Of a stretch of DNA of 64,000 nucleotides, positions 9,015 to 17,905 are shown one piece after another. Source of the DNA: an uncultured Ruminococcus sp. Lineage in GTDB: Bacteria > Bacillota > Clostridia > Oscillospirales > CAG-272. Each line of letters begins with the position of its first letter. Position 1 is the stretch's first letter. The notes below the pieces were generated by a model. That model was not told where the DNA came from. It made no database searches and saw nothing but the letters and a program-made list of their open reading frames with translations. The translations under genes and the position numbers were made by a program. The DNA is taken from contig CAZOFD010000001.1 in NCBI GenBank assembly GCA_964579135.1, forward strand, positions 26,063 through 90,062, given 5' to 3'.

Positions 9015-10208
9015 TCATGTGTCGCCCGGCGCTCCGGCTCGGTCTGCCGGTGCCTCTCTCGCGTCCGCGGCAGCGGCGCTTTTTTCGTTTTCGATATAAG
9101 GCGACACCTCGCGAAACCTCCCCGCTCCTCGCGGCACGGGCATAGCAAGAGTATAAATCGAATCCATATTTGCACAGAGCTCCGCTTGGCGACAAGCGGG
9201 GAGTCTGCTCGGCTTCGTTACGATATCTATCCCCCCGCCGCGCCGGCTCTCTGCAACAAATTCGCACCCTGCCTTGTCTGCGGCGATGAGCCTCACGTAA
9301 GTCGGGGCTGCGTCAAGATCGCTTTGCAAAACGCCCGTAAGCCCGAAAAGAGCCGCACGGCGCAATCTTGCGTCCGTATACCTTTTCGTGGCGGCACGGC
9401 AAAAAAACTCGTCGAGCGTCGCGCCTTTCATCGCGCTTGCGTGCAATCTCCCGGCAACGCCGCCGCCGCACTCGGCATATTTCCCCGCCGACGCGGGATC
9501 GGCAAAACGCCAAAATCCGATAAGCGCCGCGGATATCGCCTCGCCGCGTACCGGGCAATCGCCTGCGGATATCGCCTCGCGTATGCGGCGCGCCATCGGC
9601 AGCGGCACGCCGCACGCCTCTCCGCCCGCAAGCATTTCGCTTCGCACCGCTGTAGCCGAGGGGTACGCCGCGCCCGCAGCGACCGAAACGTCGTTATACC
9701 CCGCCCCCTCGCGCCGAACGAGCCACAGCGGCACGTCGCTGCCGTATCGTATCAGCGCCTTTTTATATTCCGCGGCGAGAATATCGTTCGGGGCAAGCTC
9801 CGCTCCGACGTCGGCGAAATAATCCCTTGCGTTTCGCGGCAAAGCAGTACTCCTCGCGGCGCCGCGCCGTGCCGCGGCAAAAACGACGTCTTCGTCAGCC
9901 GACTCGGAGCCGCAAGCGACGGCATCGACCCCGATGCGCAAAAGTATCCCGACCGCAGCCGAGGCGAAAAACTCCGCGCTTGCCATACACCATGGATACG
10001 GCAACTCGAAAACCGCGTTCGCCCCGCAATCCACTGCGGCTGCCGCGCGATAAAACGGCGGCAACACGGCAAGTTCGCCTCGCTGAACGGCGTTGCCGCT
10101 CATAAGGCAAATTATCCTTTCCGCGCCGCGGCGCCTTAACTCGCCGAGCATATATTCGTGACCGCAATGAAAAGGATTATATTCGCAAACGACACCGACC
10201 GTAAACAT
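9015..10208 (-). CDS. tmcAL: tRNA(Met) cytidine acetate ligase (YlbM/TmcAL nucleotidyltransferase family)
   Basis: N-terminus MFTVGVVCEYNPFHCGHEYML..LMSGNAVQRGE matches the UPF0348/TmcAL signature. GGTGGAG RBS. Confidence 0.8.
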   Translation of the reverse strand: MFTVGVVCEYNPFHCGHEYMLGELRRRGAERIICLMSGNAVQRGELAVLPPFYRAAAAVDCGANAVFELPYPWCMASAEFFASAAVGILLRIGVDAVACGSESADEDVVFAAARRGAARSTALPRNARDYFADVGAELAPNDILAAEYKKALIRYGSDVPLWLVRREGAGYNDVSVAAGAAYPSATAVRSEMLAGGEACGVPLPMARRIREAISAGDCPVRGEAISAALIGFWRFADPASAGKYAECGGGVAGRLHASAMKGATLDEFFCRAATKRYTDARLRRAALFGLTGVLQSDLDAAPTYVRLIAADKAGCEFVAESRRGGGIDIVTKPSRLPACRQAELCANMDSIYTLAMPVPRGAGRFREVSPYIENEKSAAAADAREAPADRAGAPGDT

Positions 10209-10245
10209 CGCTCCACCTCATTTTTTCGTATTTTTGCGATTTTTA

Positions 10246-10274
10246 TTGCAAAAGAGTTTTTTGTGTTGTATAAT
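10246..10274 (+). promoter_or_regulatory. Sigma-A-type promoter for ackA
   Basis: TTGCAA (10246..10251), 17-nt spacer, TATAAT (10269..10274). Confidence 0.6.
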
Positions 10275-10314
10275 AACCGATGTACAGTATGTAAAACATC
10301 GGAGGAAAATACAA

Positions 10315-11547
10315 ATGAAAATTCTTGTCGTCAACGCGGGCTCGAGTTCTCTGAAATATCAGCTTTTCGACACCGCGGATTACAGCGTTCGGGCAAAAGG
10401 CATTTGCGAAAGGATCGGCGAGAGCGTCGGCGTGCTCGACCACAAAAACCTTATAAAAGGCACTCGCACGAAAAAAGATCTCCCTATTCCCACGCACACG
10501 GAAGCCGTTAAGATAGTTATCGACGCACTTACCGACACGGATATCGGCGTTATCTCCGATATGTCCGAGATAGAAGCCGTAGGTCACCGTATCGTGCACG
10601 GAGGATTTTATTTTTCGGAATCTATGCTCCTTACGTCCGAAGTCCTCGAAAAGCTCAAGCTCTGCTATGATTTCGCGCCCCTGCACACCGGTGCGCACCT
10701 GCAAGGTATAGACGGATGCCTCGCCGTTATGCCCGGCGTTCCGCAAGTGCTCGTTTTCGACACGGCTTTCCACCAGACTATGGCTCCCGAGGCATACACC
10801 TACGGTCTCTCGTACGATATGTACGAAAAATATCATATTCGCCGTTACGGCGCACACGGCACCTCGCACCGCTACGTAGCCGGCGAAATGATAAAGATAC
10901 TCGGCGGCAAAGCCGAGGGCACCAAGATAGTCACCTGCCACATCGGCAACGGTTCGTCCATCTCGGCTGTTAAAGACGGTCGCGTTCTCGATACCTCGAT
11001 GGGCTTTACTCCCCTTGCAGGCGTTATTATGGGCACACGCTGCGGAGATATCGACCCCGCGATAGTCCCCTATATTATGCAAAAGGAAAATATGACCCCT
11101 GACGAAGTTGCCGCATATATGAACAAAAAGTGCGGATATATCGGATTGACAAACGGCTTTTCCTCCGATTCGCGCGACCTCGAAACGGCGATAGCAAACG
11201 GTCCTTCCGACCCGAACTACAAAAACGCGGATCTTGCCGTTAACGTGCTCAAGCACCAGATCAAAAAATACATCGGCGGATACGCGGCTGTTATGAACGG
11301 GCTTGACGCCGTGGTATTTACCGCGGGGCTCGGCGAAAACAACCCCCGTCTGCGCAAGATCATATGCCAAGATATGGAATACTTCGGCATAAAGATCAAC
11401 GACGAAGTCAACGACAAAACCTTGCGTCAGGGCAATATAGTCAAGATCTCCTCCGACGACTCGAAAGTCGCGGTATACGTTATCCCCACCGACGAGGAAC
11501 TCGTAATCTGCCGCGATACCGAAACGATAGTTTCTTCGCAACGATAA
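10315..11547 (+). CDS. ackA: Acetate kinase
   Basis: MKILVVNAGSSSLKYQLF.., ..HRIVHGG.., ..VFTAGLGEN... GGAGG RBS before the ATG at 10315. The tracked ORF start (10234) adds a non-homologous leader. Confidence 0.93.
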   Translation: MKILVVNAGSSSLKYQLFDTADYSVRAKGICERIGESVGVLDHKNLIKGTRTKKDLPIPTHTEAVKIVIDALTDTDIGVISDMSEIEAVGHRIVHGGFYFSESMLLTSEVLEKLKLCYDFAPLHTGAHLQGIDGCLAVMPGVPQVLVFDTAFHQTMAPEAYTYGLSYDMYEKYHIRRYGAHGTSHRYVAGEMIKILGGKAEGTKIVTCHIGNGSSISAVKDGRVLDTSMGFTPLAGVIMGTRCGDIDPAIVPYIMQKENMTPDEVAAYMNKKCGYIGLTNGFSSDSRDLETAIANGPSDPNYKNADLAVNVLKHQIKKYIGGYAAVMNGLDAVVFTAGLGENNPRLRKIICQDMEYFGIKINDEVNDKTLRQGNIVKISSDDSKVAVYVIPTDEELVICRDTETIVSSQR

Positions 11548-11560
11548 TCAAAAAACACCG

Positions 11561-11597
11561 ACGGGCGATATCCGCAAGGATATCGCCCGTTTATTTT
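11561..11597 (+). terminator. ackA terminator
   Basis: ACGGGCGATATCC GCAA GGATATCGCCCGT followed by TTATTTT. Confidence 0.85.
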
Positions 11598-11665
11598 ACC
11601 ATAATACCGAACTTACGGCAAGATTTTTCCGCAAAAAATCCGTCGCATAGGCAAACTCGCCACCA

Positions 11666-12724
11666 TCACTCGGCATCTTCCGCGCATAAGGCGAGCAGAC
11701 GTGAGGCAAATTCGCGGGTAAACTTTTCTTTACGCTTGAAATCCATAGCGGCGGAGTATATCTTTTCGAGTTCGAAATGCGCCTGCGACATCTGCGCAAA
11801 CGACGTTACGGCACATCTTTCGGCAGCATCCGCGGCTTTTTCGATCTCTCGCAAGCGCGAAGAACGGTTTGCAAGACCTTTCGCATCGATAAAAGCCGCC
11901 GTATCGACGCGCATTACGGGCTCACGCGACGCGCGTTCGCCCTCGACGGCAGCGACGTTTCCGTCCGTTATCGCCCTTATATGCTCCGGCACGACGGCGT
12001 CGGGCGCGTAGCGCACCCGCCCCTCGAGTGCGCGGCAAAGCGCATCGAAAAAGAAGTGCTCGGTGCCGCACCGCGTACCGTCCTCAACGAAAATAAGTTG
12101 CATCGCCTGCTCGGCGAAAGTATCGAATTCGACCTTGCCCCGCATTCCCACCGCGTTCAGCGGAGACCTTATCCCGCGCGTCGGGGCAAAAAGCCTTGCC
12201 GCCCTTTCGGCGCGAGCCGCAACCCCCGCGAGATCCGTAATGGGGCGCAACAGCGCGGCGCCGGCGCGGCGAAGCGCCCCCGCCGCAGCCAAACACGAAT
12301 ATCCCTCGGCGGCGGCTCGCGTTTTACTTTGAGCAAGAGAAATTATCTTTTCTCCGTTTGACGCAAGCATATCGCTGTCCCAAAAAGCACCGAGATCGAT
12401 AAGTTCGTCAACGGCACCGGGGCACGTTGCCTCCGCCGAATGGGGCGAGGTGCCGTCTATCATCGACACCGTTTTTCCGCCCTCGAAGGACAAAAATATT
12501 CCGTCGAGCGATTGCGGGTCGGAGGAACAGTAATAATATTCGACCCGTGCGCCACCGCTTTCGGCTTCAAGCGCAATATCCCCCATAAAGCGCGACTTCC
12601 CCGTCCCCGGTCCGCCCTTTATCACGTAGCGGCGGCGCGAGCGCGGAAACGCGGAAAAATCGTCGAAATAATTTACGAATCCGTCGGCGCTGTTGGAAGC
12701 GCAAAAATATCTTTTTTTCGGCAT
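11666..12724 (-). CDS. P-loop NTPase of unknown function (resembles the PRK06851-type Firmicute ATPase family)
   Basis: Walker A VIKGGPGTGKS. N-terminus ..YFCASNSADGFVNYFDD.. resembles that family. GGGAGGGG RBS before the ATG at 12724. Confidence 0.7.
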   Translation of the reverse strand: MPKKRYFCASNSADGFVNYFDDFSAFPRSRRRYVIKGGPGTGKSRFMGDIALEAESGGARVEYYYCSSDPQSLDGIFLSFEGGKTVSMIDGTSPHSAEATCPGAVDELIDLGAFWDSDMLASNGEKIISLAQSKTRAAAEGYSCLAAAGALRRAGAALLRPITDLAGVAARAERAARLFAPTRGIRSPLNAVGMRGKVEFDTFAEQAMQLIFVEDGTRCGTEHFFFDALCRALEGRVRYAPDAVVPEHIRAITDGNVAAVEGERASREPVMRVDTAAFIDAKGLANRSSRLREIEKAADAAERCAVTSFAQMSQAHFELEKIYSAAMDFKRKEKFTREFASRLLALCAEDAE

Positions 12725-12820
12725 AATCCCCTCCCTTCCCCTCGCACTCCTTTGCGTTCTCACTTCCCCTCTCACGCGTCACGTGGCGCGGCGCGAAAAG
12801 CGGCGCTCGGGAGATGAGAC

Positions 12821-13360
12821 TCATTTTTCGATTATAACGACCTTATCCGGGCGAAGTCCCGTTTGCTCGTAGACTATGGTATTGATTTGCGCTATCTGCC
12901 CGGCGTTCAGCCCATCTTCCCCCGCGTCGACGACAACGTTAACGCTATCCGTGCCTATAACGGCAACGCATCTTGCGAATCCTTTTGCCATCACGAGCGT
13001 TTCGATATTAGCCTCGTTCTCCATATCCTTGGCGATGCGGCTGATGTCGGCAAGCGCCGCAGCACGCGAAGAATCGTCGGCGGAAACGTCGTCCACAACG
13101 TTTTGCAAGACCTCGATGGCCTCGTCGCGCGCACGTTGACGGCTGAGCTGCGTAGCGGTAAAATAGGTCTCTCCCGCGTCGCGCAATTCTTCGCCGCCGT
13201 CGCCCGACGCCGCCACGTCATCGTTTTTACCCGAAAAATAAATAACGTTTGCCGTTACCGTTACGAGTGCCAAAAACACCGCGCATATTATCACGAGATT
13301 ACGTTTGCCGAGTTTTTTAAAAAACTCCTTTACGGCTTCGGTCTGCTTTTCAAATTTCAT
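12821..13360 (-). CDS. spoIIIAH: Stage III sporulation protein AH
   Basis: Last gene of the spoIIIA cluster. N-terminal TM segment (NLVIICAVFLALVTVTANVIYF) followed by a YscJ/FliF-like soluble domain. I chose the start at MKFEKQ (13360) with GGAGG upstream. Confidence 0.8.
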   Translation of the reverse strand: MKFEKQTEAVKEFFKKLGKRNLVIICAVFLALVTVTANVIYFSGKNDDVAASGDGGEELRDAGETYFTATQLSRQRARDEAIEVLQNVVDDVSADDSSRAAALADISRIAKDMENEANIETLVMAKGFARCVAVIGTDSVNVVVDAGEDGLNAGQIAQINTIVYEQTGLRPDKVVIIEK

Positions 13361-13422
13361 ATCCGTCCTCCGAAAAGTTTTGATTTTGTTATATGATATT
13401 TGCCGCGCTCGCCGAATATTCG

Positions 13423-13911
13423 CTATGCCGCCGAAGAAATGTAAATTTTGTTCGTCGGCACGCCGAAAGTCGACGATATAAGCGCTGTAAGTTCCGCGCG
13501 AACGGCAAGGCTCTCCGCTCCGCTGCACACGATACCTATCCCCGCTATCTTCGGCGGATCGGTACGCACGGCGGTAAGCCTTGCCGCCGTACCGCTGCCG
13601 ACGGTCACGTATTCTTCGACCCGCTCGCCGTTTTTTTCGGCAACGTCCGCCGCGTATATCTGCTCGAATCCGCCCGAAAACGTTACCGCAACGCGAACGT
13701 CCGCAACGCCGGCAACTCCCATACACAGATCGCGAGCCTTAGCCTCGAGATACGCGCCGTACGCTTCGAGCTCGACCTGCGTGCTATCCGTCGACTTTTC
13801 TTCGTCGTCCGAAGCGTTGCCGCGCAGCATCAATACCACTCCGAGCAAAGCCAACAGCAAAAGGGCGATCACCCTGACGGGCACTTTTTCAAACAACGAT
13901 TTTACGTTCAT
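13423..13911 (-). CDS. spoIIIAG: Stage III sporulation protein AG
   Basis: Position in the operon, an N-terminal TM segment, and a C-terminus ..IAGIGIVCSGAES..VRAELTALISSTFGVPTNKIYI typical of SpoIIIAG. Confidence 0.8.
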   Translation of the reverse strand: MNVKSLFEKVPVRVIALLLLALLGVVLMLRGNASDDEEKSTDSTQVELEAYGAYLEAKARDLCMGVAGVADVRVAVTFSGGFEQIYAADVAEKNGERVEEYVTVGSGTAARLTAVRTDPPKIAGIGIVCSGAESLAVRAELTALISSTFGVPTNKIYISSAA

Positions 13912-13947
13912 CTTTCCGTCCTCTCCGTCAAACGATTCGTTTTTCTG

Positions 13948-14457
13948 TCATTCGTATATTATCGCACATTCGCACCCCGCCGCCTCCGCAACGTATTCGC
14001 GCAGACTTTGCGGCGGCACGGCTCGCGCCGCGCCGCTGAGATAAACGTTTACAGCGGCGACCGCCGCCCCGTTCTCACCGACGTTTACGCGCACAACGGC
14101 TCTCACTCCGTTTGCGTCGACCCCGAACTTCTCGCATATCGAACTTTGCAAGGCTTGCGCCACGCGCTGCTCGCTCTCTGCCTCGAGCCTGTCGTACAAA
14201 GCGCCGAGATCCGCCGTCGCGGAAGAAGCGTCGCCGCCGAACGGCGCATCGAGCGTCGAGCGAATACCCGATATAACGTCCGTAAGCGGCGAAAGCACGC
14301 AAACGGCAAGCGCTATCGACAGCAATCCGCCGAGATATTTTTTAACCCGCACGTTCGGCACAAGGCTTTGCGCCAGTGCCGACATAATCGACGTTATGCT
14401 TACTCCGACTATAAACTCACCGATCCTCATTTTTCTACCACACGTATCGAATAGCAT
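13948..14457 (-). CDS. spoIIIAF: Stage III sporulation protein AF
   Basis: Position in the operon, two N-terminal TM segments, and a size of about 160-170 aa. An alternative start is MRIGEF at 14430. Confidence 0.7.
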   Translation of the reverse strand: MLFDTCGRKMRIGEFIVGVSITSIMSALAQSLVPNVRVKKYLGGLLSIALAVCVLSPLTDVISGIRSTLDAPFGGDASSATADLGALYDRLEAESEQRVAQALQSSICEKFGVDANGVRAVVRVNVGENGAAVAAVNVYLSGAARAVPPQSLREYVAEAAGCECAIIYE

Positions 14458-14460
14458 ATT

Positions 14461-15600
14461 TTACGCCGCAGCGACAGCGGAAAGCGCGAATATCGTCAGC
14501 ACAAGAACGAAAAGCACGCCGCAAAGTGCCACCGCAGCCGTCAGGTAGCCGCATAGAGACGCGCACTCGCGAATAAATCGTGCCTCACCGCGACGACCGA
14601 GCATATCTCCCACGGCGGCTGCCGAAGAAAAAGCCAAACGCGAAAGCAACAGCTCCGCAAGCACGGGGATAACGGCAAGCAACAACACGCATATCCCCGA
14701 AGCACCGACCGCCGAGCGCAAAAAACGCACCCCCTGCGCAACGGTGCGCAAAGCATCGCCGACGGTTGCGCCGACAATGGGTATCGCACTGCCCGAAATA
14801 TACTTGACGGTCTTTGTCCCCACCGTGTCTTTCGCCGAAGACAGCGCGTTTTGCGCACTTAACGAAGCGGCAAGCAAAGTCCCCGAAAGTCCGAGAACGA
14901 ACGTTAATATCCTTTTCGACACGTCGCCCACACCGCTCATCGCGCCCTCGTGCCCGACTATCAGATCGGAAAAAGCGGCGGCAAGGCAAACGCAAACGCA
15001 CGGCGTTATAACCGACGACGTCAATATTTCCGTCAGATCGAGCATAAAGACCGTCGTGGCATTGTTTACGGCGGCAACGTTAACGTTGCCGCCCGCGACG
15101 TAAAGGCAGCTCATCACCGGCAAGCACGCGCTCATTACGGCTGTCAGCTCCGAAAAATACACTCGCAAAACTTTTATCTTCTCGTAAAAAAGTCCGAGCG
15201 ACGAAACGGCAAGCGCAAATCTTGCCGCGGTCGCTGCGGCTTTGGCGGCGGGCGCATCGCCGGGGCAAACGGCAGAAACGAGCGCCGATATCGCAATCAA
15301 CACGCAAAGAGCGGCAAATATACGTGCAGCCGAGCCAAAGCGGTCGCCTATCGCGGCAATCACGCTCCTCGCCAAATACCTTACCGACAGCCCCTCTCCC
15401 GCCGCCTCGGCAACGCTGTCCGCATCATCCGAAAAAAGCCCGTTCGGCATAAGAGCGGCGCTGCCATCCGTAAGAGCCGAGCCGAGAGCACCGTACTCCG
15501 GCGGCAGAGTCTCCGCAGCCGAAGCGGCGAGCACCGCACCGCAAGCGACGACCGTTAACAAAATATTCAGCAAAGCCATCCGTTTGAGCGTACGCCTCAT
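14461..15600 (-). CDS. spoIIIAE: Stage III sporulation protein AE (polytopic membrane protein)
   Basis: Signal-like N-terminus followed by multiple TM helices, about 380 aa. 4-nt overlap with spoIIIAD. Confidence 0.82.
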   Translation of the reverse strand: MRRTLKRMALLNILLTVVACGAVLAASAAETLPPEYGALGSALTDGSAALMPNGLFSDDADSVAEAAGEGLSVRYLARSVIAAIGDRFGSAARIFAALCVLIAISALVSAVCPGDAPAAKAAATAARFALAVSSLGLFYEKIKVLRVYFSELTAVMSACLPVMSCLYVAGGNVNVAAVNNATTVFMLDLTEILTSSVITPCVCVCLAAAFSDLIVGHEGAMSGVGDVSKRILTFVLGLSGTLLAASLSAQNALSSAKDTVGTKTVKYISGSAIPIVGATVGDALRTVAQGVRFLRSAVGASGICVLLLAVIPVLAELLLSRLAFSSAAAVGDMLGRRGEARFIRECASLCGYLTAAVALCGVLFVLVLTIFALSAVAAA

Positions 15601-16007
15601 CCGACTCCCGCCTCCCCGACGAGCCGTTCCACGGCGTCAATCGCCTGAGATATGAGCGGTAAGGACAAAACGGTTATCTCCGCGCAGCCGACAAGTTCGA
15701 GCGCCTCGGCAATCCGAGACGCTCCGAGCTCCGTACAAAACGCGGAACCCGCGTGCGTCAGCCACGCCGTCGCAAAAGCCTTAAACACCAGTTTTATCGC
15801 CTCCTCGGATAACGGCGACGCCTCCATAAGCTCCGAAATATATACGACGGCGGGGCGACAAACTGCGAGCGCACACGTCCCGAGCACCAGCATCGCCGCC
15901 AGCCTTACCGGGATATCGAAGCCGCGGTGAAGCTCGCGAACCGCGACGGCACACACGGCTGCAAGCACCGCCGCGCCGCACGCCTTTAAAACAGCGACGG
16001 TCTCCAC
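15597..16007 (-). CDS. spoIIIAD: Stage III sporulation protein AD
   Basis: Membrane protein of about 135 aa in the conserved operon slot. Confidence 0.8.
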   Translation of the reverse strand: METVAVLKACGAAVLAAVCAVAVRELHRGFDIPVRLAAMLVLGTCALAVCRPAVVYISELMEASPLSEEAIKLVFKAFATAWLTHAGSAFCTELGASRIAEALELVGCAEITVLSLPLISQAIDAVERLVGEAGVG

Positions 16008-16010
16008 CGC

Positions 16011-16205
16011 TTAAAAATCAAACAGCGAACGCACGCTGTTAAAGAGCTTGGCTATCTCTCCGACAAGAAGCATCATAACCGCAAGTATCCCCGCCACCGT
16101 TACGAGCGTCGATTGCTCGTCCCGACCGCTTTTCGAAAGAATTTGCGTTGCTACGGCGACAAGTATCCCGACGCCGACTACCTTAAAAAGAACCGTTATA
16201 TCCAT
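16011..16205 (-). CDS. spoIIIAC: Stage III sporulation protein AC
   Basis: MDITVLFKVVGVGILVAVATQILSKSGRDEQSTLVTVAGILAVMMLLV.. is a near-canonical SpoIIIAC sequence. Confidence 0.88.
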   Translation of the reverse strand: MDITVLFKVVGVGILVAVATQILSKSGRDEQSTLVTVAGILAVMMLLVGEIAKLFNSVRSLFDF

Positions 16206-16267
16206 TTTCCTCTGCCAAACTTTCACTCGTCACAACCTGTCCGCCCGAAAGTTGTTTTTTGCGCTTT

Positions 16268-16759
16268 TCAGATCAAAAATATTATAATACCGCCTGCCGC
16301 GCAAAGCCCGATTACCGCCGCGGTCCTGCGCCGCTGCGGTAACTCGCGACGCAAACTCTCGCTTATCCGCATAAGCGCTTCGATACATTCGTCGCAGTTT
16401 TTAAGTTCGTCGTCGCGAAACGAAGATCCGAAGCGCGAGGCAAAATCGTCTATCTCCGCACAGCCGTCGCGATAATGCGACGTACGCACGGCAGCGGCAA
16501 AAGAGTCGACGTCTTTGACGCTCGCAATCGCATCCATCGGGCAACCGATCAAGCAATTCTCGAGGATTTTATCGTCTGCCCGCCCTACGATCTCCGCCGA
16601 AGTGGCGAGATATCGCTCGAGCTGCAAACGAACGAAGCGCAAAAAATCGAGCAAAGCGTCGACTCGCACGAGCCTCTCTCCGTCGCGCAAACGCGCGAGT
16701 AACGCCCCGCCGGTTACGGCGAAAAACAAGGCAAGCGCCCCCACGATCTTACTTGTCAC
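16268..16759 (-). CDS. spoIIIAB: Stage III sporulation protein AB
   Basis: Operon position. The protein-like part begins at (V)TSKIVGALALFFAVTGG.., giving a GTG start at 16759 that overlaps the spoIIIAA stop by 11 nt. The start call is uncertain. Confidence 0.7.
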   Translation of the reverse strand: MTSKIVGALALFFAVTGGALLARLRDGERLVRVDALLDFLRFVRLQLERYLATSAEIVGRADDKILENCLIGCPMDAIASVKDVDSFAAAVRTSHYRDGCAEIDDFASRFGSSFRDDELKNCDECIEALMRISESLRRELPQRRRTAAVIGLCAAGGIIIFLI

Positions 16760-17696
16760 GGCAAAAAATCTCCTTATCGTAAACGACGTCGTAAGTAAAT
16801 CGCCCGCCCGCTCGTCCGAGCCCGACGTATGCGAAAAAGCAATGCGCGGCGTGCAAACGCGCAAATCCGTCGCGGCTCAACAGCCCGTCGAGGCTCGAAG
16901 CGTGCGCCGCCGCCACAAGCGGCACGCCGCAATTTTGCGCGCCGCACACGGCTTCCGCTTCGCCCGCGCCGATCTCGTCGCAAATTATAACGTCGGCGCC
17001 GAGCGTTCGCGCGGCTATCTCTATCCCGACAGCTTTCGGGTACGAAGAAAGGATATCGACGTTCATCTCCTCGCCCGAAAGGTCTCTGCCGAGCTCAAGC
17101 CTTGTATCCACAACGGCAACTCGTCGTGCAGCCGCCCCCGTCGCAAGGCGGCGTATCACACCGCGGAGCAAAGTGGTCTTTCCGACGCGCGGCGGCGAAT
17201 AGACGAGCACACCCGATGAAAACTCGCACAAGTTAAGTATCTCGCATATTCGATCGCCGCAATACGGCGGCGGTGCGCTCGGCAGTCTGACTATCAAGCT
17301 CGTAACGTCGCACACCGCGCATATTTTCCCCTCTCGCACGACGGCACTCCCGCACACGCCGACGCGAATCCCGTCCCCGACGGTCATATACCCCTGATTT
17401 ACGGATTCGCCGAAAGCGTACGCCGACCCTCCGCAAAGCCTTTTAAAAACGGCGGAGAGTTCGTCCGAGGTGAGGGTCGCGGGAACGAAAGCGTTGCCGC
17501 CGCCGCAAAGCGTCAGGCATACCCGTCGCCCGGCACGCATACGTATCTCCTCGACGCGCGGCAGCCCCTCGGCAAAACGGCATATCGCGCCCCTTACCCT
17601 TTCGGGCAGGGCGGCGCCTATATGCGGCGGCAAAGAAAATCGCGCCGTTGCAGCGCCGCGCCGCTCTGCGCCCCGTTTTTCGTCAGTTTTTTGCAT
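16749..17696 (-). CDS. spoIIIAA: Stage III sporulation protein AA (secretion-type ATPase)
   Basis: Walker A SPPRVGKTTLLR and Walker B ADVIICDEIG. First gene of the eight-gene cluster. I chose the start at MQKTDEK (17696) with AAAGGA upstream. Confidence 0.85.
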   Translation of the reverse strand: MQKTDEKRGAERRGAATARFSLPPHIGAALPERVRGAICRFAEGLPRVEEIRMRAGRRVCLTLCGGGNAFVPATLTSDELSAVFKRLCGGSAYAFGESVNQGYMTVGDGIRVGVCGSAVVREGKICAVCDVTSLIVRLPSAPPPYCGDRICEILNLCEFSSGVLVYSPPRVGKTTLLRGVIRRLATGAAARRVAVVDTRLELGRDLSGEEMNVDILSSYPKAVGIEIAARTLGADVIICDEIGAGEAEAVCGAQNCGVPLVAAAHASSLDGLLSRDGFARLHAAHCFFAYVGLGRAGGRFTYDVVYDKEIFCRDK

Positions 17697-17822
17697 ATTC
17701 CGTCCTTTCGCTTTACCCGCGCCGTTTTCCCCCTCGGGGCGATTGCTCGTACACTGCATTATATTTTCACCACCCGTTTTTTATTCCGCGCTTTTATTCG
17801 ATCTTATTTCTCCGCAAACAGG

Positions 17823-17851
17823 TTGACAATCGGCTCATACGATGATATAAT
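17823..17851 (+). promoter_or_regulatory. Sigma-A-type promoter for alaS with extended -10
   Basis: TTGACA (17823..17828), 17-nt spacer, TGATATAAT (-10 at 17846..17851). Confidence 0.7.
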
Positions 17852-17905
17852 TATTTTAATTATTTGAAAATTTTAAAAATCGTTCGATTTTCGAAAGGCA
17901 ACATT

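Noticed and set aside
17760-17905. A possible T-box leader upstream of alaS, as is common in Firmicutes.
   Set aside because: The clear promoter -10 ends at 17851, which leaves only about 50 nt before the ATG. That is far too short for a T-box, and no T-box consensus sequence is visible.
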